From contig JBNKOC010000012.1 in the NCBI GenBank assembly GCA_050294405.1, forward strand, positions 670,202-734,201: a stretch of DNA of 64,000 nt. The letters are read 5' to 3'. Shown here in pieces: positions 38,001 through 46,600 of this stretch. A program made the position numbers and the translations under genes. The notes under the pieces are model-generated. The model did no database searches. It was given only the letters and a program-made list of their open reading frames with translations, and was not told the origin of the DNA. Position 1 is the stretch's first letter; the number at the start of each line of letters is the position of its first letter. Source of the DNA: Fibrobacteria bacterium. Its GTDB lineage: Bacteria; Fibrobacterota; Fibrobacteria; UBA11236; JADFYW01.

Positions 38001-38741
38001 CGCTTTTTCAGAGTGGACACCAAGTTGCGCCCATATGGCGTACAGGGAACTTTAATGTCCACGGAAAACTTATTCCAGAAATATTTTGATAAAGAAGCGC
38101 AAGGTTGGGAATTGCAAGCTTGGATTAAAGCCAGGGTAATATCCGGAAATTTAGAATTTGGGAATACAGTTTTGTCCCGCATACATCACTCTGCCATTGA
38201 TAAATGCAAAACTGAACCCTTTCAGAATAATATTAAAAATACCCGGCTTCTAACATTAAAGCGTTACCCCAAAAAAGATTTGTATTGGGAAGTTAAACAA
38301 AGTCCGGGAGGAATACGAACAGCAGAATTTTACGTTCAAAATTTACAGTTGCAACATGCCAGAAAGTACCCCGAACTGTTGCACGGCCACAGTATGAAGG
38401 CTTTGTTGAGATTAAAGGAATTGGGAATAGTTTCTGAGGAAAATTTTGAAAAAATAATGGATGCCTATGTGTTTTTCCGCAGGGTGGAGCACGGGCTTCA
38501 ATTGGAAGGTATGCAGCAAAACCATATTTTACCTGCGGAGTCTATAAAGCGAAAAAGACTGGCCCATAGGATGGGTTTGGAGGAAAGCCTTCAAAAAGCC
38601 GCCCAGACTCAAATGCTTGAATTCTACTATCTTCACGCCCAAAGCCTTTTATCCATAAGCTCTGAAATATTTCCTGGAAGCCTTGATTTTGTGGAAATTC
38701 CAAAAGAAGCCCAGGAATTTTTGGACAACAGGGCAGTCTAA
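35013..38741 (+). CDS. glnE: Glutamine synthetase adenylyltransferase/deadenylase with N-terminal ACT-like domains
   Basis: Two nucleotidyltransferase domains (GKLGGREIGYASDLE...DLRLRPHG; GKLGGLELNYSSDID...DTKLRPYG); located right after glnA. Confidence 0.9.
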   Translation: MANSQKSHEDFLSDLVKAHFSSFSADYFMRYGDNEIKRHLQLISESGPQSPCKIYLEIKENQWFLLEFAGPDAVGIFTVLTGLVASHSFNIRRGLSHSYDKSAKKPYFITHFEGVYEGINKDVSALESEMQSQLDKYCKELYRGRASEALAKVRNQVGKFFSKQKNKGEFALEPLKISVSQSEKFTRLHIKGKSTKGLVFSLSNALSLRGMIINAVEINSSNEEIDDVIYVTDMFHKPITNPEKVLRLKTAVMLIKQFTQLISLAPDYNLAMEQFEKYLDKVFETDLDADKILGSEGEQILGTLAQSFGSGEFMWEEFLKMQFEELLPMLRRMNSFKQQKSKNILQSELENKISGAGFEESINIINNYKDYELFRIDLLYLIYPNKTFVQFSQELSDLADVVLNSTVHVIRNHLNFKHGTPQVDGKACRFGLFALGKLGGREIGYASDLEIVMVYEGNGTTDSADNPISNVEWFLKMMTLLRKSIHAKKQGIFELDLRLRPHGEDGTLACSVNQWESYYGPQGGALNYEKQALLKLRGIYGEEHFLSHVTEIRNNIIWGGEALSLEQMLKMRVDQIAHLVKPGTVNAKYSSGALCDIEYSVQFLQLKYGKEFPQIRLANTLSVLEQLLKCGIINPVEFEILYRSLAFCRQLINALRMVRGQAKDLEVPLESPLEIQKLVRRMGYQSAGSQKIYENFKEDLLRNLREVSGFYQEKFCGKPSEMDMSLSLPYLLNQASPSAEEIKKVLAVDGFEDCQKSYAQLKKMYRDTSDKNAFLTVWVMARRYLRMSPHPDAVLNNFERYLENKDIAQSILQQMVYNTSYIEIAVLTFGYGDFIANILINYPFFLHYVGNHSSLNQEKTYQEYKSDLEGPLAKHQDWDFTLKNLKIYHSRELLRISIRDLYHRVTLGSVVTEISNLSDVIIQSVYKLVSLEMKMDFEQDYALFALGKLGGLELNYSSDIDLVVVIKNQLDETKVQQLGKFHKLAIKTLSDFTAQGRFFRVDTKLRPYGVQGTLMSTENLFQKYFDKEAQGWELQAWIKARVISGNLEFGNTVLSRIHHSAIDKCKTEPFQNNIKNTRLLTLKRYPKKDLYWEVKQSPGGIRTAEFYVQNLQLQHARKYPELLHGHSMKALLRLKELGIVSEENFEKIMDAYVFFRRVEHGLQLEGMQQNHILPAESIKRKRLAHRMGLEESLQKAAQTQMLEFYYLHAQSLLSISSEIFPGSLDFVEIPKEAQEFLDNRAV

Positions 38742-38782
38742 CTTAAATTTGCATATGAAAAATTAAAATCCGTAGGAATTAT

Positions 38783-40462
38783 ATGTCAGCTCAACTCAAT
38801 AAAATCAGTTCACGAATCACCCAACCTAAATCCCAGGGCGCCTCCCAGGCCATGCTGTATGCAACTGGCCTTAGCAAAGAAGATATGAATAAGGCCCAGG
38901 TGGGAATTTCCAGCATGTGGTATGATGGAAATAGCTGCAACATGCATTTGGGAATGCTGGCCGAAAAAGTAAAAGAGGGCGTTCAAAAAGCTGATTTAGT
39001 GGGAATGCGCTTTTTTACAATTGGAGTTAGCGATGGCATCTCCATGGGAACCGATGGAATGAGTTTTTCACTGCAGTCACGGGAAATTATTGCGGATTCC
39101 ATTGAAACGGTAATGAGTGCCCAATGGTACGATGCGAACATATCTCTGCCAGGCTGCGATAAGAACATGCCAGGATGCTTGATTGCTATGGCGAGGTTGA
39201 ACCGCCCGTCCATCATGGTGTATGGGGGAACCATTAAACCCGGCTGCGCCAATGACAAACCATTGGATATTGTTTCGGCCTTCCAAAGCTACGGTGAGTA
39301 TTTGGCGAAAAATATTAGCGAAGAAGAGCGGCAGGAGATAGTGGAAAAGGCCTGTCCGGGTTCAGGTGCTTGCGGAGGAATGTATACTGCAAACACTATG
39401 GCCTCTGCTATCGAAGCTATGGGAATGTCTTTGCCGTATAGTTCAAGTACGCCCGCTGAAGATCCCGGGAAAATTGAGGAATGTTTAAAAGCGGGAGAGG
39501 CTATTAAGCTTTTGCTGGAAAAAGATATTAAACCACGCGACATCATGACCAGAGCGGCTTTTGACAATGCAATTGCCGTGGTAATTGCTCTGGGCGGCTC
39601 TACGAATGCGGTATTGCATTTGATTGCGATGGCCAAGGCCGCGGGAGTGGATTTGACCATCGACGATTTTCAAAAAGCCAGCGATAAAATTCCCTTTATC
39701 GCCGACTTAAAACCCAGCGGAAAATATGTTATGGAAGATCTCCACAAAATTGGGGGGATCCCGGCAGTTATGAAATACCTTTTGGAAAAAGGCTTTATAA
39801 ATGGAAATTGCCTTACTGTAACGGGAAAAACTGTGGCTGAAAACCTGGAAAATTTACCAGGGTTTACATCGGGGCAGGATGTGGTGTTAACCATAGAAAA
39901 ACCCATTAAAGAAACGGGCCATATCCGAATTTTAAGAGGAAACCTTGCTCCCGAAGGTTCTGTGGCCAAAATAACCGGTAAAGAAGGGCTTTCTTTTTCA
40001 GGAACTGCTATTTGTTTTGATTCAGAAGAGCAAATGTTATTGGCACTGGAAGAGGGAAAGATAAAAAAAGGCCATGTAATTATCATCCGCTATGAAGGCC
40101 CCAAAGGTGGGCCCGGTATGCCTGAAATGTTAACGCCTACTTCCGCAATCATGGGGGCAGGCTTGGGAAAAGATGTGGCATTGCTTACCGATGGCCGGTT
40201 TTCTGGCGGGTCCCATGGCTTTATTGTAGGGCACGTCACTCCCGAAGCCCAGGAAGGCGGTCCTATTGCCTTGGTAAAGGACGGCGATTCCATTACCTTG
40301 GATGCTGTGGCCAATGAAATGAATGTAGATATTACTTCTGAGGAATGGGAAAAAAGGCGTTCTGAATGGAAAGCCCCTGCTTATAAAGCAAGCAAAGGGA
40401 CTTTATATAAGTACATCAAAAATGTGACGTCAGCTTCTGAAGGTTGTGTTACAGACGCCTAA
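38783..40462 (+). CDS. ilvD: Dihydroxy-acid dehydratase
   Basis: [43 protein letters not shown]. Confidence 0.97.
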   Translation: MSAQLNKISSRITQPKSQGASQAMLYATGLSKEDMNKAQVGISSMWYDGNSCNMHLGMLAEKVKEGVQKADLVGMRFFTIGVSDGISMGTDGMSFSLQSREIIADSIETVMSAQWYDANISLPGCDKNMPGCLIAMARLNRPSIMVYGGTIKPGCANDKPLDIVSAFQSYGEYLAKNISEEERQEIVEKACPGSGACGGMYTANTMASAIEAMGMSLPYSSSTPAEDPGKIEECLKAGEAIKLLLEKDIKPRDIMTRAAFDNAIAVVIALGGSTNAVLHLIAMAKAAGVDLTIDDFQKASDKIPFIADLKPSGKYVMEDLHKIGGIPAVMKYLLEKGFINGNCLTVTGKTVAENLENLPGFTSGQDVVLTIEKPIKETGHIRILRGNLAPEGSVAKITGKEGLSFSGTAICFDSEEQMLLALEEGKIKKGHVIIIRYEGPKGGPGMPEMLTPTSAIMGAGLGKDVALLTDGRFSGGSHGFIVGHVTPEAQEGGPIALVKDGDSITLDAVANEMNVDITSEEWEKRRSEWKAPAYKASKGTLYKYIKNVTSASEGCVTDA

Positions 40463-40468
40463 ACTCCC

Positions 40469-40633
40469 TCAAGGGGTATCGTTGAGGCGGTTTTTTTTCT
40501 CATAGCTGATATTTAAACCGTAGAAATCATGCAGGTCACGCATGATTTCCATGGCCTCCCGATTGCTTAATTCCCTATTAAGGAGCTTCTTTTTGATCCG
40601 CTTAATTTCGGAAATAATTTGCAAACTATTCAT
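40469..40633 (-). CDS. Small hypothetical protein (54 aa); absent from the ORF track
   Basis: Manual translation MNSLQIISEIKRIKKKLLNRELSNREAMEIMRDLHDFYGLNISYEKKNRLNDTP; G-rich RBS; starts 27 bp after the TPR gene stop and nearly fills the gap to ilvD. Confidence 0.5.
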   Translation of the reverse strand: MNSLQIISEIKRIKKKLLNRELSNREAMEIMRDLHDFYGLNISYEKKNRLNDTP

Positions 40634-40660
40634 CGGCCCCCCGGCAATTTTTCCTTAAGC

Positions 40661-43600
40661 TTATCTGAATTCTTCAGGAAGCAGCGCAAGGTTTCCACCA
40701 CGTTGCTCGTAAAGCTTAAATTGTTTTTTCGCCTCCTTGCTGTTGTATTCCTTATGAGCAACATATCCCAATAACAAATAAGGTTCCGGTTTATCGGGGC
40801 AAACAGACAAGGCGAATTTGGAGCTGGAAGATACGTTTTTAAAATTTCCCATTCTCCAGTTTACTTTTGCTAACTGCAGCACCAAGTCGCAGGAACGGGG
40901 GTGGTTTTCCAGCCCTCTTTGCAATAGTCGGAAAGCATCGTTTTTCCTGTTTTTAGATAGAAGAAGCTCAGCCTTGGCAGCTATTGTTATAGGATGATCC
41001 TTGTTTATATTGTGAACCTCTCCAATTAACGTTTCCGCGGAAGGGATGTCTTTCATGTATATATATCCCTGGGTAAGTAAATACATGGATTCCCAGTTAA
41101 AAACAACTTCCATGGACTTTTTAAGTTCCTCTACCATTCCGGCATAGTCTTTTTGGTGCTCTTTAATTTTGGCATTTCCAAAATGGGCTTTTGCCTTCCA
41201 TCGGGCATCATTACTTGCAGAGAGAGCTTTAAACTCTTCTTCCGCTTTTTCCCATTTTTTCAAATATATCCAGGCCATGCCAGTCTCAAATGTGGCCTCC
41301 ATGTAATTGGAGCGGGCTTTTTGAGCTTTGTTAAATTCTTTTATGGCTTTTTTGTAATCGCCTTCCTGGCTGTAGATGTTGCCCAATTCAAAGTGGGTTT
41401 GGGCGAGTCTGTCTTTGTCATCTTCAAATTCTTCCAGGATGTTAATAGCTTTCTCATATTCTCCATTTTTAGCATGGGCTTTGGCTAATTGAACCTTTCC
41501 TGAATAATTATCCTTGAAGGGCGATTTTTCTACAATGGAAAAGACCTCTTCCGAGTTTTTTGTTTTAATGATTAAATCTGTTAAAGTGACCATGGTTTCT
41601 TCCAATGGTTCTTCCTTAAAAATTTCCTTGTATGTTTTAATCGCTGCATCGCTAAATTCAGCTTTTTCATTGGCCTTAGCAAAAAGCTTTTTCCCATCCA
41701 GATTGTAGGGTCCTGTTGCCTTAGCCATGGCCTCTACAGCTTCAAAATACTTTCCTTGGTCATATTTTATTTGCCCCAATTCCTGCATGTAATCTGGATA
41801 ACCGGGTTTAAGCGAAATAGCTTGGTTTATCATGGACTCAGCCATTTCATGTTGGTTATTCAATCTGGCAATTTTCGCTTTTTGATAATATGCCTTATGG
41901 AATTTCTTGTCGCTCTGAATGATACTGCTTAAAATGCTTTCGGCTTCTGGATAATCTTTATCAGAAATTTGAAGGCCAGTTAAGCGAATTAAAACCAAGT
42001 TGTTTTTTTCGCCTAATTGAATGGCCTGCATATAAGCTCGTTTGGCTTCCTGGGGCTTGTTAATGGCTTCCAAGGCCATAGCATAATTTGACCAGTTCTG
42101 GAATTTTTGAGATTCCTTCTCCAACACAACGGAATAATATATAGAGGCTTCATTGTATTTTCTTTCTTTGAATTTTAGTTCAGCTAAATATTTGGCTGCT
42201 TCAAAATTATGGGAATCCAGCTTGGCCACCTCTTCGTATGCTTTGGTCAGAAGGTTTTTGTAACCTAATTTTTTAACGTAATGCAAGTATTGCAAAGCGG
42301 AGCCCATATGTTTGGGGTTCAGAGCAGCGGCTTTCTCGTAATTTTTATAAGCCATTTTATCATTTTTGCTGGCATCATAAGATTCACCGAGCAAATAATA
42401 AGCTTCCCAGTCCTTAGAATATGTTTTTAAGGCTATTTTTAACATTTTAATGGAAGTTTTGTGGTTTCCCTGTTTGGCGTGGATTTTACCCATTATCAAG
42501 TTGGCCTTGGGATGGAATGGGTTTCTCTTTAATATGATTTTAAATTGCGCCTCCATTTTTTTGTTTTCCTGCAATCCAATGTATATGTTAGCCAGCTCAA
42601 CTCGATAGTCATCATTTTTTGGGTCTGCTTCTAAAATGCGTTCCAATGTTCTAATGGTACCGGATTGATCCTTGGCATTTTGATACAAGACGAATAATTT
42701 TTCCAGGGTTTTCAGTTTTTTACTGTCCTGGTAATATGTTTCATAAGCTATTATGGCATCGCCGTTTTTATTTGTTTTTTCAAAAGATTCAGCCGCAAGG
42801 TTCATGACTTCTTTATCAAATTCAACCGCTTGCGGAAGATATTTGGAGGCGACTTCGTAGTTCTGTTGCAGATAAGCTATGTTTCCTAAATAATAAAAGC
42901 TTTCCACAGTCGGGCTTTTTCCATGTAGGCGGTCAAAAATTTCTTTTGCTTTATCCAAATTCTTTTGCTGATAATAAAACTTAGCCATGGAAAAGGAGTT
43001 TGAAGCTTCCTCGGCGAATTTTAAATTGATGTATTTGACAACCACTCCGGCTTCTGAAGTGTTATTTAATTCAACCAGGCTGTTGAGGAGCATAAAAGAA
43101 GCTTTCGAGTCCAGTTTTCCTTTTAATGAATTGTGATTTAGAATCTGCGCAACTTGCCCGTGATTCTTATTTTCTAATTCATACTCTGCGGCATAGCTGG
43201 CGTATCTTAGGTTGTCGGGATAAGTTTTGTTAAGGAGTAATATTTCCTCATAGGCATTTTTCTTTTCGCCATTTTCCTGATAAGATTTGTACAAGGAATA
43301 ACTGAGTTCTTCATTAAAATCCAATTTGGATTTCGCAAATTTTAAGGCTTTAATGGCCTCAGGCCATTGCTTTCTTTTTGCCATCAAAAGACCCAGCTCT
43401 TTTTGAGCCTCAGGATTTTTTGGATTCAAAGCAACTGCATTCATAAAAAAATCAAAAGATTTGTCCTCTTTATTAATTTTCTTAAAAGCCATGCCTGCTT
43501 CAAAAGACCAATTAAATACATCCGGTTTCAATGCAGCAATTTGTGCAACGGCATCCGCATATTTTTCGTCCTGTTTTGTCTTGTTATATGATGTTGCGAG

Positions 43601-46600
43601 CATTTCCCAGGCTTCAAATTCAGGCTGGACTTTTACCCATTGCTCCAGATGAGGAGTAGCTGTTTTATAGTCCTTGAGTTTAAATGCATTTTTAGCGGCT
43701 CCAGTTCTGGCTTCAAATGAACCATTGTTTAGCTTTAATGCGTCCTCGTAAAGTTTTAAAGCCGCTTTTGGTTCTTTGGTTTCCATAGCTGCAGCCAATG
43801 CAATTTCAAAATTTTCAGGAAAGCTAGTATGGCCTGCATTTAGAATATCCAATTTGATGCCGCATTTTGTTTCATTGCAATATTGGATAGTCTTAGCATA
43901 AAGCTCTGCGGATTTTGGCTCGGTTTTAAAAGCCATAAAGTAATTTTCTATAGCAAGTTCTTTTATGTTTTTTACTTTATAAGCTTCGGCAAGGGCTTTA
44001 TAAAAGGAAGGCTCCGATTTTTTGTTTTCATCCATGTATTTGGTGAAATCAGCCAGAGGTTCATAATTCCCCCTTTTGTAATACTCTCCAACTAATATCC
44101 GCTTCCCTTCATTATATTCTGGATATTTTTTAACCGCCTTTTCCAAGTAATCAATATTGTTCTGAACATAAAAGTTTAATTCAGCGTGTTCTAATATATG
44201 TTTTTGTTCAGGAGCTTTAGTTGCAACCAGTAAATCCAGACTCTGCATAATTCGGGCAGTATCCTTGGTGGATTTATTTAAGGCGTAAAATTCTAAAATA
44301 GCATCCTGATTTTTAGTTCTGGCAATATATTGCTCAAAATGATATTTGGCATTTTTGTTGTCTTTTTTTTCCACAAAGCTAGAAGCCAGTTGCCATTGGT
44401 AATCTTTTAAATCTGGATTGAGGTTTACCAATTGCTCAAGAGATTTATGGGCTTCCTGAGCTTTTTTGTTTTTTAAACTCAAGTCATAAAAAATTTCCAA
44501 ATGTTTTTGATTGAAAGGATCTTTTTCAACCCATTTTTTATACTGATTCCAAGCCTCTGGATACCTTTGGGACTCTAAATAAGCGTTTGCTGCCATTATG
44601 GTGGATTCTGCATACTTTGGATCTTCTTTTTGAATAACATCCCATTGTTTTGCAGATTCAGATGCTTTGCCATTTAAGTAAAGTGCTTTGGCGTATTGTA
44701 TCCGTTGTACTGTGTTTGGCTTGTTTTTAGTGAGAAGTTCAAACAGGGATAGGTTATTTTTAAGTTCTTTGTCTTCGATCAAATATTCAGCGTAGGCGGT
44801 AGCGTATTTTTTGTTTCCGCTATCTAATTTATAGCTTTCGGCCAAATATTTTTTGGCTTCTACTGGATTGTTGGATTTGTGGTAAGAGGTTCCCAACATG
44901 TAATTGAAACTGGAATTATTTGAATAATCCTTTTTAGCAGTTTCAAAATGCTCAATGCTTCCAAAATAATTTTTGTCTTTAAAGGCCATTTTTCCTAATT
45001 GGAAATGATATTGGTTGGCATTTTTTGCATCCAATACGATTAATTTCCCCAAAACAAACGCTAAAGTTTCTTTTTCGCTGCTTTTAGTTTCCAAAAGCGG
45101 TTTTAGAAACAACATAGCTTGTTTGTCTTCGGTATTAAACTCCAACCATTTTTTGCCATGAACAATAGCTTTGGAACTGTCTTTAAATTCGAGATCCAAT
45201 CCAGCCAGTTTGAACCACCAACTATTTTCGGCTGGATTGGACTCAACCAAATTATAAATGGCTTCTCTCAAAACTTTAGAGTCAGCCTTGGTTGCATCCA
45301 GAGATGATGCGTATATGGATAATACTTCAATGTCCTTTTCTTTATTTCCTTTTATGTAAGCGCTTGCCAGTTTTACTGACTTTGCGTAATCTTTTATATG
45401 ATATAGCGCTTGAAGAGCCATTTTGCTGCCAAGCAAAATATCATTATTGGCCTCATAAGCTTTGGCATACATCTCTCCAGAATTTTCCAGATTTCCTTTT
45501 AAATAGTATGCGGAGCCTAAATGCATCCATGTTTCAGCTTCGACAGATTTTTCTCTGGCTAACGCGCGAAGAGGTTCAAAATATTGTAAGGCCTGATCCG
45601 GTTCGCTAATAACGCTGGGAAGTAATCTGATATACTTATAATTTTTGGGTTGGGTCGCTAAAGCCTTGGATAAATATTGAAAGGCTTCTCCCTTTTTCTT
45701 TTCTTCCAATGATAATTTTGAAATTTGATATTGGTATTCGTGGAGAGAAGGGTCGTAGTTTTGCAATTTAATTAACCCGGCTTTCAATTGCTTGGTGTCT
45801 TTGAGGCCTTCCAATAATTCCACGGAAGCTTTTTGAACTTTTTCATTTGTTGGATCAATTTGCAAAACCCTATCATAGGTAGATAATGCTTTTTGAACAT
45901 CGGGAACCTGCTGATAAATTTCAGCCAGTTCAATTCCAGACTCGGGAGTCAAGCTGCTGTACTGGAGCAGCATTTCAAAATATTTTGTTGCTGTTGCCTT
46001 CTTGTCCAATTTGATATAGACATCTACCAAAGAGCGCAAAGTCTTGGCATCAGAAGGTACGATTTTCAGGTTGGCTAATAAAAAATGTTCCTGATTTTTA
46101 TCTTGTTTTAGATTACTGGAAACTTTTAATCCGTTTTTTGCTGCTTCCAAATGGTTTGGATCTGCTTTTAAAATTTCCTTATATATGCCAATAGCTTTGT
46201 CGTTTTCTCCTAATGCTTCAGCATATTGAAACTTCACATTTAAATCTGATGGGAAACTTTTATAGCCCAGTTCAAGGGTCTTTACCAAATAATCAGATTT
46301 TGAATCTTTTTGCTGTTGTATAGCACTGGCAAAAACATCTTTATTTTTAGGGTTTGTGTTGTACAATAAATAATAATATTCACTGGCTTTTGATTTATTA
46401 TTTAAAACCACATACATATTAGTCAAGGCTGTAAGATATTCAATGCGATTTTGATTTTTTACCATATAGTTTTCAAATTCGCTTAGTTCTTTATATTGCT
46501 GATTTTCACTATAATATTTAATCAGAATTTCTTTTCCGTTGTTGTATTCAGGAAAGGCTTTTACGCATTGTGTCAAATAAGTGATGTCTCTGTTTTGATT

